DNA from: Botryllus schlosseri
Lineage: Eukaryota
Reading direction: 5' to 3'
DNA length: 64,000 bases
Assembly: GCA_051294905.1 (NCBI GenBank)
Contig: CM119371.1
Span: 20,772,001-20,836,000, forward strand
Below, in pieces: positions 54,543 to 64,000 of this stretch (positions within the stretch are counted from its first letter, which is position 1; every line of letters begins with the position of its first letter). The notes under the pieces were generated by a model. It was not told the origin of the DNA and made no database searches. It worked only from the letters and a program-made list of their open reading frames with translations. A program made the position numbers and the translations under genes.

Positions 54543-54836
54543 GTTATGGTGGACCGTCATTACAATCCTGTCCAGCTCAAGGCAAAGTACATGCAGCGTG
54601 TGAATCGCGGGTTCAACAACATGTATGATGATGTCATAGGCTTCGGAAGTAAGGCGCAGATAAAAGAGTTGATTTATGAAAGAGCGATGGTGGAACAAAC
54701 TCTGGAGAATATTCTGCAAGAAAATGAAAGAAATGAAGATGTAATCGATAATTTCCAGGAAAACATCGATTTAGGGGACAGTATTTTCACGAAGATTTCA
54801 GAATTCTTCACATCTTTATTCCAGCGCAATGACTAA
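54543..54836 (+). CDS. Terminal exon K: VMVDRHYNPVQLKAKYMQRV...DSIFTKISEFFTSLFQRND*
   Basis: Acceptor ttttgtcaattaag, in frame with ORF 54450..54836, ends in TAA. HYNPVQLKAKY resembles the atlastin middle-domain turn (FLAPNDLQTKH). Confidence 0.8.
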   Translation, partial: VMVDRHYNPVQLKAKYMQRVNRGFNNMYDDVIGFGSKAQIKELIYERAMVEQTLENILQENERNEDVIDNFQENIDLGDSIFTKISEFFTSLFQRND

Positions 54837-55045
54837 TCTGTTTAAACGTAAAATAATGAAACCAACGGAGCCGGAGCAGATAATATGATCATAACGATAA
54901 ATGGTATGCCGTATATTTTGATTTAATATTGATGTACTCTTGTTGTATGGAGCTTGAAAGTATATCGTACGCCGCTAATCATTCGACGAGTACGCCTTGA
55001 ATTACATGATTTGTACATTTTGATTTGCAAATGATGATTGTTCGA

Positions 55046-55051
55046 AATAAA
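55046..55051 (+). promoter_or_regulatory. Candidate polyadenylation signal of the GTPase-like gene
   Basis: First AATAAA I found after the stop codon, about 210 nt downstream. Confidence 0.4.
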
Positions 55052-55543
55052 TTCACTGGTCAACAGATATTTTGTGGCAGACACAGTAAGAATGATTGTT
55101 ACGGTTCTGCCGGGCACTGATTCCGAATGATACCTTTTTTCAAATTGGCTCGGGTTTTGGAGATAATCCATGGGGTTCATTTGACTAAAACATATTTTTG
55201 ATTAAAAAAACGGCTCAGTGGTAACAGAAAGTTCAGAAATTCACCTCGATTGTAAGCAATTTAGTGCAATCTTTTAAAAGGTTACAGCATAATATGTTAA
55301 TCTCATCTTACCCTAATATATTTCTTTTGTTGTTTGGATGTTTTGTTGGAATCTTTTTTGTCCCTTGCTCATCACTCTAATCACCAAGATGATCAGAAAA
55401 TATATCAAGATGACTGAGCGGGAAGTGAACTTTATTGCTAATGTTTGCTCTAAGTTTTTTAGAAGCCGATACCATTTTCGTACTTATTGTTTGTACTTGG
55501 GGGATTTATGATTTTCACAAAAGTTTTATTTACCACCTCCTAG

Positions 55544-56470
55544 CAGACTTTGACAACTAGAAAAATTTCAGCTTTTCCTAATTAGATTAGAATTAGAATT
55601 AAAGCTACACAGTTGTTTTCAAATTAGATTAGAATTAGAATTGGAGATACACGATTTTTCCAAATTAGACTAGAATTAGAATTAGAAATACACAGCGTTT
55701 TCTAAATTAGATTAGAATTAGAAATAGAGCGGCACAGTTTTTTCCAAATTTGACTAGAATTAGTATTACCGAATTCGCAAAAACTAGGAAATTGAATGAA
55801 TTGTGAATGAAAAAGAAATAGCTTCTGGCAAAAAATTCATATCGAATCACAGTGCATTCCCATAACGATGAAAATGGTTAACTAGGCTACTGTGCAAAGT
55901 TTGGCTGCTCGTTTTGTACTATACCAGGGGTCACCAATACACGGCCCGCGAGGTCATATTGCCTTGACGTGCAATGGCCCAGACACTACCAATATCGAGA
56001 CTTAGAAAACGGCCTGTGATAACTATCCCTTTTTCTTTGCTGCTGTTCTGTTTGTGATCGAAACTAGAATGTTGTTCGCAGACTACAAGCTACTAGGACA
56101 ATGGCTAATATTCGTCGCACAATAACTACTATGACTGCACGCTGCACGGTGTAAGTACTGCGATAGCGGCTTGGCACTGGATTTCCCTGCGCGAGAGGGA
56201 TAATCTGGTAAATTCGCAGCAAAAATGCCGCGGACGAAGAGGCATTTTCATTAAAACAATAAATTAGATTAGAATTAAAATTAGAGAATAGGAACATTTG
56301 ACAAATTAGATTAGAATTAGAATTAGAGCATAAGAACAAATCATAAATTAGATTAGAATTAGAATTAGAGCATACAAACATTTCACAAATTAGATTAGAA
56401 TTAGATTACTGGCATTTCGCTATAATTTAGTGAAATTAGACAACTAGAATTATCAAGTTGTCCAAGTCTG
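55544..56470. mobile_element. hAT MITE with AATTAG subterminal tandem repeats
   Basis: TIRs cagactttgacaac / gttgtccaagtctg. TSD cctcctag / cctcctaa. Repeated aaattagattagaattagaatt units at both ends. Confidence 0.85.
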
Positions 56471-56753
56471 CCTCCTAAAACAGGGATTCCCAATTACAAC
56501 ATAGCCAACAGGTAACAGCCAATGCCGCGTGTGGTCGAAGCTGAAATTTGTATTGTGATTCCAGAATAGGCCTAAGGTGATCAGGCAAATATATATAGGC
56601 CTGTGGAATTATCACCTCTTGGAACAGGGGTGGGCAAACTTTTGAGCTCGCGGGCAGCATTCAACATCTGGATCCATTCGCGGGCCGCACTATATAAAAT
56701 TGGGATTATAAACCCAAACACAATATTGGTATTGGCATGGAGATAATCTAGAT

Positions 56754-57922
56754 CAGGGTTTCTCAAAGGGTGGGCCACAGGAGCATTTGAGGTGGGCCAC
56801 AGAGCTATTTAGAAAATTTTAGGATTATGTAAGTTTAGTTATATTTGTTATGTTATTCGCTAAAAATATATTAATTATCTAATTATACGTAGGCTACGTA
56901 AAGCTTTTCATCCGACTCTGATGAGTCGTAGTAGCACGTATGCAGTCAGCATGTTCAAGTCGAAAACGGGAGGGAGAATCGGCGGCATTTTCCACTGGCT
57001 ATGACAACCTACGGCTAACAGCAACTAAACTAATTTCGAGTTGGAAGGTAATGCTGAAGTAACCAAGTATTCCGGCAGGGTCATATGTCGTGTGCCGTTG
57101 AAAGGGGCGTGCAATAAACTCGGAATGAAGTGTAATTGAAGTATAGATTTACTGTAGGCCATACTTAGGCAAGTCATCGTATTATTGTAAAATAAAAATA
57201 GCCATAATTGCAAATTATTAGCAACTTCTGGTGGAGGTAAATGCTGCACCATTGCAACGAATCATTACGTATTACGAAGATTTATCGGAGCGCATTAATC
57301 TTTGGAGTCGGTTAAAAATGTCCTCCCTGGAAATCGCTATTCGTAATGCAAGAGACTCATGAATTGATTGCATCAGTTGGTTTGTTACAAGACATACGAC
57401 ATGCATGGTACAGCATGCATATTAAATAAATCTTTCTCCGCTTCTCTGTAGTACCCCATTCATCAATAAATTATTTGAAGCTGTCCCGGATTATATTATT
57501 CCCCACAATAGTGAAACTAAAATTCCAATGATACGGCGGATGCGTGGATCTGCTCACTGTGTTTCGCGACGCGAATGGAGGAGCGGACGATCATACACAG
57601 AGTTTTAGCCTATGATCTACCAGGTCCGTAACTGCTGCACACAAACCCCCAATTGCGGGAGCTCGATGGGGCCCAAGATCATTTCGTTGCTCGTTTGTTA
57701 GCGGATATTTATTAGACATGAAAATATTCGTCGCGCTTCGCGCGATTTCATGTGCCGAGAGTATATTAAGAGAAAAATACCCATATTGTGGAGAAATAGG
57801 CATATCGGGGACGTTGATTACCACGCAATGAACAGGATTATTCCTCCAAGATAAGAGGTGGACCACAGCACATTTTCTAACCGGAAAATGGGCCACGGCC
57901 AAGAAAGGGCTGAGGACCCCTG
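56754..57922. mobile_element. Charlie-like hAT element nested in 56625-59248
   Basis: Ends cagggtttctca / tgaggacccctg. Perfect TSD atctagat. Confidence 0.85.
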
Positions 57923-58240
57923 ATCTAGATGCTTTTTTATACCAACCAAGTCTTGCTTTGGCGAAATCATACACGCGGCAGAAACAGTGGCGAGACTTTA
58001 TAAGCTGGTCGACCTCAAGAACCAATTTGTCAAAACTATAGGGATGAAAGTTGTTGGTTAGTCCCGATTCTTAAAAAATGGACAAAAATTGAAATCGGTG
58101 AGCAGCTATCTTTTCATAGATTTGCTAATTCACTTTTGTGTCAGTTCCAGGACGCACAATGCTGACAGCATCAATACCATATTACCTTCAAACACGCTTC
58201 TAATATGTGTAGATAAAATATAACTAGCCTACTTTTACGC

Positions 58241-58829
58241 CAGGAGGTGGACAAATATTTGGCTTACTATACGAACAGAAATCATGAGTGGGCACTGGAA
58301 ACGGTAAGGAACTGTTCATATTCGCACCAGCGCGATAATTTTTTCACATTCACTAATGAATTTCGTCATTAATATTGGTAGTTTGACATATTAAAGCCAA
58401 ACCTTAACTTTTCTCAGAGTTTAAGGCCAGTTATAAATGATAATGCATCTCCGGGTGGGCCAATTGATGTTAGTCAATCTGTTGCAAGCTGTTATTTCTT
58501 GATATCCAATGAGATTGTCGGTATATAGAGGTACGAACGATTCCGAGTTGGTATTTCTATGTGAGGCGCACCATTTTCGTCTGCTTTTCGCATCTGTACT
58601 GTGGGGCTCTGATATCAAAGACCGTTACTATATTAAAATCGAAAAAGTAAGTGAAATTGAATCGCACGCAGCGCGAAGAAAATTTCAAGACTAATTAAAA
58701 TTTTTCAAGAAAGCGGAAGTCATCTGGTAAATTCAAATTGCATGTCGATGGCCGCCAACACATACTAAATAAATTTCGCATCCACGGCCGCACAAATTTC
58801 TTTTTACGGCTGCAGGTTGGCCACCCCTG
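58241..58829. mobile_element. Probable second nested Charlie-like MITE
   Basis: Ends caggaggtggacaa / ttggccacccctg. Flanks ttttacgc / ttttacta (2 mismatches). Confidence 0.5.
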
Positions 58830-61366
58830 TTTTACTAATACAGAGATCGATTCTACCTAAAACACGCGCGAATGGTTTTCTCCAAGCACAGCACTAAACT
58901 ATATCTAAGTTGCTGGAGTGGCCAATCAGCAATCACACTGGGGATCCGAATTATATCAATTCCGATTAGGATTTCTGTGATGTTTAGCAGTTCACATTCA
59001 AAATGCGTGGGCCTTTAGGTGAGGTCGGGCTCTCGCACCAGTTATTATACATAAAAAATAATATAGGAAGTATTTACATTAGAATTAAAATGGTAAACTA
59101 TATTAGGAAAAAGCTTAATCAAGTCCCTGTAGATTTTTAGTCGAAATTTAATCAATATCTTTAATAAGTTTCTTGAGACTCTCGCGGGCCGAACAAAATG
59201 GTGTTGCGGGCCGCATACGGCCCGCGGGCCGTAGTTTGACCACCCCTGTCTTAGAATGAAATCCATGTTGTGAGCTAAAGTTCCTTTCCTATAATATCAA
59301 ATAAGAATCTTCCCTCCGTATTCGAATCCGAGGTCCATCAAAGAAACCCCAGCAAACACAGTACAGACCAAAGATGTAGAAAAGCCGAGCCGATATAGTA
59401 GATATTAGATCTCGGCAGGTCGTAGAAAGGGGGATTTTGTGTCGACTCAATTCAACGTCTTTTCCATGTCCTTCAATAATGTAAATATTATGCAGATGCT
59501 ACAGCCTTTAAACATGGAGAGTAGAATGTAGATCCTACGTTAGAAGAAGAAGATCCTGATATAATAACCTGTTTTCTACCACTATGGGCTTAACCTGATC
59601 ACGGCTGCGTACACACACCACATTATTTACTACATATTAATCACATTTGTGATAATTTAATTTCAAACGAATTGGCAATAATGCCGTTGTAAAAAATAAA
59701 ACGAACAAACGAACGAATGTCTTTAGAAAGAAAGTGAAAACAGTCCTTATCATCAGGTTTCATCTTCTGATGAGCCAGTTAAATAACCAGCATGCGGCCT
59801 TTTTTTTTCAACACCCTGCAGAAATAAAATGAAAATGATGATTAATAGCTAAGACATTCGTACTGCGAAAATGGCAGAGGTAGCGACTAACGAATGACTC
59901 CTACATTTTTCTCGCCCATACTTACTAAAATGGATTCGATTCTGAACTATTTCCACTCAAGTTTTCAAGTTTTATTATTATATTTTTTAATATTATATGA
60001 CTAGAGAACTGACTTCAATCGTCACTTCTACTTGATTATCAAGATCAACGATGACTACTTCAGCACTCTTTGAAAACAGCCACTAACACAAAAAGAATTC
60101 TTGACTAAAATTTCTTCACATTCTGTCCAAAATGATCAATTCAACAATCCAAATGAATCAGTTATTTGGCAGCTAGTTGGAGAGATATATACTCAAGTCT
60201 AGAAAGTGGAATGATACTCTGCCTGGAAAGCTGAAGACCTAACAATATTGTGTACAGAGAACAAAACATTTGAGTGGCGACACTGGTATAGACATTAATA
60301 AATTATTAGAATTGACAGCAAGATAACCAGCAAGACATTAAAATGAGAATTAGTGCAGTTTCTTAGGCTGTAGTGATACTCAGCCAGTAATTGACCTAGC
60401 AGAGAGCAAAACGTTGTAAATAAAGCGAGCGAAACCTCCGACAAATGATACGATATAACATTAGAATCGACAGTCTTACTAGAAGCAGAATAACAATCAT
60501 GAGGGGTTAGAGAACAGAAGCCCGGGAAGTGACCATCAGAAATTACTGCATACTGGCCGAACAAATCCATGACCATTAACAAATGGTCTTTCAATAGTCA
60601 ATATTGATACCAAATGACACCACACCTATTTCATAGCAACATTTAGCAAATACAGCGCTGGAGTCAACCTTATATAAGCCCTAACCAAACGCCCATTAGT
60701 TTTCCCACCTACTACTTCGCGGATGGAAATACGCATTAAAGCGAACGGACGCGACTTGTCACACTCTTGCTATTTCTGCTCCTTTTTTCTCTTCGTTCCT
60801 CTTCTCTGTCGCTTCCGCTTGAGGAGAGAAACAGTCGGCCGCGTTTACGGATCGTGAATTCCCGGTGGGTGATTCTTCCTCGAATGGTCAGCACCTTGAC
60901 AATTGAGAACAATGTTGTTGCAAAATGCATGACAATTTGAAAGTTACATCATTCTAATTATTCCAGTTATGGCCGTGAATCGTTACAAGTGCGGTAACCA
61001 TAAGAATTATTACTATACTTCAACTACAAATACAATAGGGCCTATATTGTATAAAATGATTACCAATTCTTTTACGTTGATCGAGTCCCAAATAGATGAA
61101 ATATGTCAAAGAATTTGCTAAATTTTTGTATAATTTGACAGATTCCGAAATCTTCTCAAAGTGCACCTTTCAAAAATTTGATATCAAGACTCCCAACATT
61201 TTACAATTCGAAGTTGGATGGCTTTACCAATACAAGCAAACAGTTTGTATCGCAATTGACAATTATGTAGAGAACGCTGCGAGACATATGAGTAGGCCTA
61301 CCCTAAAACGTTTCTCTGACATGGACATTAGGGCTATTAAAATATGACTTTTTTTCACAAATCGTT

Positions 61367-61774
61367 CTGGCTACTTGATAAAATTGTTAGGTTACCTAAT
61401 TTAAGCCTAAACACAAAATTTGGTTCAATTCCAGCCAGTAACCGCTTTGCTACAGGAGAAGAAAGTTTCTATTTATTATATAAAAATAAATAGGTAATAA
61501 AAATTTGAGAATTTTCTGTTCACCCCATGAAAGTGTTAGGCTGTCTATAGAAACGATGCTCACCAAATTTGGTTCAATTCCAACCAGTGGAAGCGGAGAT
61601 ATTGCCGTCGAAAAATTTGGATTTGAATAAAATAGTATTTACGGTGACCGATTCTTTGTTTACTTATTAAAGTTGTGCTCACCGTAAGTACTATTTTATT
61701 AAAACCAAATTTTTCGACAGCAATAACTCCGCTTCCACTGGTTGGAATTGAGCCAAATTTGGTGAGGATCGTTT
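61367..61774. mobile_element. Fold-back element (family of 10681-11210), right arm interrupted by the LINE
   Basis: ctggctacttgataaaattgttaggtt is the reverse complement of 11183-11209. Near-perfect arms at about 61551-61646 and 61680-61774. Symmetry stops abruptly at 61774. Confidence 0.85.
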
Positions 61775-62376
61775 GGAGTATTTGGTTGTATTAAGGCCGC
61801 TAAGGCAATAGCATAGACCTAGCTACCGTAATTGCTAGTAGATTTTCTTAGACTAAGCTTTTCACTTAGGCTAATTAACTTCTTCTTCTACTTCTTCCTT
61901 TTCGTCGCCGTTGGATTTCTACTTCACTTCGAGTCTCCTTCAGACTCATCCCTTCTCCCTCCTGAGACTTGACTCCTCTTCGTGAGTCAGGTCTCAAGGA
62001 GTCTTTATCTACCTCTCCGAGAATTGGCTCGTCTTCGTGAGTCAATCTCGGTTGAGTCTTTTCCCTCTTCAAGTCTTGACTCGATCGCGTGAGTCAGGAC
62101 TTGTCGAGTCCTTTCTTTAGAGACTTGACTCTCTCTTGAGTCAAGCCTCTCCTCTGTCTACGATACACGCCGTCTTTGTGTATCGTACGACCACTAATTA
62201 CCTTATCTCGCACGGTTGTCGTCTGTCTAGACAGACATCGTACCATTCTGCCTTGCCGAAAGCGATAACATAGTTCCGCACTTACTGCAGCTTAAGCTTC
62301 TAAAAGACGATATACAGCCTTGAATTGAGACGCTACAAGCCTTACTAGGCCATACGTACGCAGAATTTCAAGTGAA

Positions 62377-63618
62377 ATGGCATACGCAAGTGCTCTACGT
62401 AACGAAAAGTGGCATAGAATTACCTACGGGTATAGACCGAGATCGCTAGACATTGTCACACCTCTAGAAAGCAATGCAGCTGAAGTAATAGATGCAATAA
62501 TCAAACATCCTTTACTCAAGCATCAAACAAATGAGATAGCATCTATCTTTCAAATAGGTAGAGCTACCTATAACCTCTCCTTCCACAAGGAATCCCCAGT
62601 GGACGCCTTGATGGAATCTTTCCTGAGGAATACTGAAGATGGAATAAGAACGGAAAACGGCACCCTATATCTCCATAAACCGCAACCTCCCGCGATACAA
62701 ATAAATATCAGGGCTGTGCCCACAGAAGTGGAGAATGAGGAAGTAATACACAAGATCGAAGAACTAGAATGCGGGACGATACGAAACATCAAAATGATTT
62801 ACCACAAAGGCACGAAAATACACAACGGATACCGCCAGGTGATCATAGACAACTATATCCCTGGCAAAATCCCAGCTTTCATATACTTAGGCAGGGCACC
62901 CTGCAAAGTATATCTCCCAGCCGACGAAGCAACAAACAAATGCTTTAGATGCCTTAGAGCAGGACACAATGCAGCAGATTGTCCGAACGAGACAGCGTGC
63001 CTAATCTGTAAAGAGTATGGCCACAGAAGAGACGCATGTCCACAAAATGAAAACGCTACAGTGCAGATGAATAACCCAAACCAAACAGTAGAAGATACAA
63101 TGCAGATAGAAAATGATGAACAGGCAGCTCAGAACCCTCCATTAAGTCAGAACGAAGAAGTTATAGAGGAATCTGAGCAAGAAGAACCAGAACAAAAGGA
63201 AGACGAACTGCATGATTTCTTTAACCTGGCGGAGAGTTCACCACCGACTCCAGATAGAAGCGAACTGGACACAACGATAAAACCAAATGAAGAAATAGAA
63301 TCTAACAGTGAAAATGAAAGCATACAACAAACGGACGATGAACTACATAGAGTAACGAGCGAGGAAGACACACAAAAAAGTGCAAACACAGACAAGAATA
63401 AGTCAAAAAAAGCAAAGAAAATAACCAGCAGAACTGGCCAAACGGCAACACTTGCGAGAAGATTTGAAAGCGGACGCTTTACGGCAGAGGAGTTCTTTGG
63501 CAAGAACGTCTTCTCGCCCAATAAGCGGAGTAACAACGACCGAAGTCCAACGCTTATATCGGAAGATGGTGCAAGGAGAAAACTTTTGAAGGCAGACGAC
63601 CTCAAAAATAAATCCTAA
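62377..63618 (+). CDS. LINE ORF1p, gag-like, with two CCHC zinc knuckles (413 aa)
   Basis: CFRCLRAGHNAADC and CLICKEYGHRRDAC, an upstream RRM-like region (NGYRQV...IPAFIYLG) and an acidic/basic low-complexity tail. Confidence 0.93.
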   Translation: MAYASALRNEKWHRITYGYRPRSLDIVTPLESNAAEVIDAIIKHPLLKHQTNEIASIFQIGRATYNLSFHKESPVDALMESFLRNTEDGIRTENGTLYLHKPQPPAIQINIRAVPTEVENEEVIHKIEELECGTIRNIKMIYHKGTKIHNGYRQVIIDNYIPGKIPAFIYLGRAPCKVYLPADEATNKCFRCLRAGHNAADCPNETACLICKEYGHRRDACPQNENATVQMNNPNQTVEDTMQIENDEQAAQNPPLSQNEEVIEESEQEEPEQKEDELHDFFNLAESSPPTPDRSELDTTIKPNEEIESNSENESIQQTDDELHRVTSEEDTQKSANTDKNKSKKAKKITSRTGQTATLARRFESGRFTAEEFFGKNVFSPNKRSNNDRSPTLISEDGARRKLLKADDLKNKS

Positions 63619-63657
63619 AACAATCCGACCACTGAACATGTCCCCTGATCCGATTAA

Positions 63658-64000
63658 ATGGCCTTTAACCTGCACTCACTTAACGTCAATGGCCTACGGG
63701 CACATTGGCAAAAAATAAAACGATTTTTGAAAACCGAAAAGAAGTGGGATATCATCTGCTTCCAAGAAACCCACAGAGTGGACGATAACACCATTAACAA
63801 ATGGGCAGAACAAAACAACATCAAATACTATCCAAACCAAATCGGACCAAAAGAACAATGGACAGATAAAGAAGAAGGAAAGAAGCTATACTTTAGAGGC
63901 ACCAGTATCCTCATTAAAAAAGAACTGGGAAAAAAGTACCACATAGGAAGCCAAATAGTTGTAGCGGATAGAATCCAGGCAATATCAATGACCGATATCG
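63658..64000 (+). CDS. LINE ORF2p N-terminus, APE-type endonuclease (partial)
   Basis: MAFNLHSLNVNGLR...WDIICFQETH...RGTSILI...R. No stop before the window end, so it is absent from the ORF track. Confidence 0.93.
   Translation, partial: MAFNLHSLNVNGLRAHWQKIKRFLKTEKKWDIICFQETHRVDDNTINKWAEQNNIKYYPNQIGPKEQWTDKEEGKKLYFRGTSILIKKELGKKYHIGSQIVVADRIQAISMTDI

Larger units (their letters stand above)
1284..54836 (+). other. Span of a spliced gene (3' part, 11 visible exons) encoding an atlastin/GBP/RNF112-like large GTPase with an extended, repeated helical region
   Basis: Eleven AG...GT-bounded, stop-free exons join in frame. All ten introns are phase 0. The final exon ends in TAA at 54836. The 5' exons, presumably most of the GTPase domain, lie upstream of the window. 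Family call is by visual similarity only. Confidence 0.75.
56625..59248. mobile_element. Charlie-like hAT element with nested insertions
   Basis: TIRs caggggtgggcaaact / agtttgaccacccctg. TSD tcttggaa / tcttagaa. Confidence 0.75.
61775..64000 (+). mobile_element. L1/Tx1-type non-LTR retrotransposon, 5' part (runs off the window)
   Basis: About 600-nt 5' UTR, intact ORF1, 39-nt spacer, then ORF2 open to the window end. Confidence 0.92.

Noticed and set aside
55580..56450. CRISPR-like repeat/spacer look of the aattagattagaattagaatt units (also the GTAATC and GACTC clusters)
   Set aside because: Eukaryotic context, related 'spacers', no cas genes, and the units lie within TIR/TSD-bounded MITEs.
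56911..56935. CTGATGAG as a hammerhead core (also at 59767)
   Set aside because: No properly placed GAAA box or stems I and III.
60736..60930. Minus-strand Arg/Glu/Ser-rich ORF
   Set aside because: Arises from a pyrimidine-rich tract. No recognisable domain or convincing donor site.
63147..63675. Antisense ORFs over LINE ORF1
   Set aside because: Ser/Leu/Phe-rich shadows of the purine-rich sense ORF.

Overview
AT-rich, repeat-dense animal genomic DNA. The repeat fauna suggests a marine invertebrate, possibly a tunicate, but the species cannot be determined from this window. The backbone is the 3' part of one spliced + strand gene, reconstructed by eye from 11 GT-AG exons (1284..54836, about 556 aa). 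Its first visible exon resembles the end of an atlastin/GBP/RNF112-type large-GTPase domain. The other ten exons form five 'short + long' pairs joined only by phase-0 introns. Each pair looks like an atlastin-type three-helix middle domain, and the protein ends in an amphipathic helix with no transmembrane hairpin. The introns are filled with transposons: many non-autonomous hAT elements with 8-bp TSDs (several nested), a decayed Chapaev3 transposon, a Ty3/gypsy pol fragment, a 5'-truncated CR1-group LINE, tRNA-derived SINEs, fold-back elements, and several Penelope-like (GIY-YIG) fragments with degenerate minimal hammerhead ribozymes, two of which form a ~700-bp inverted repeat. The window ends in the intact-looking 5' part of an L1/Tx1-type LINE (zinc-knuckle ORF1, start of APE-endonuclease ORF2). 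This LINE is inserted into a palindromic MITE, and its 5' UTR is an array of related stem-loops. All family assignments come from motif recognition, not database searches.
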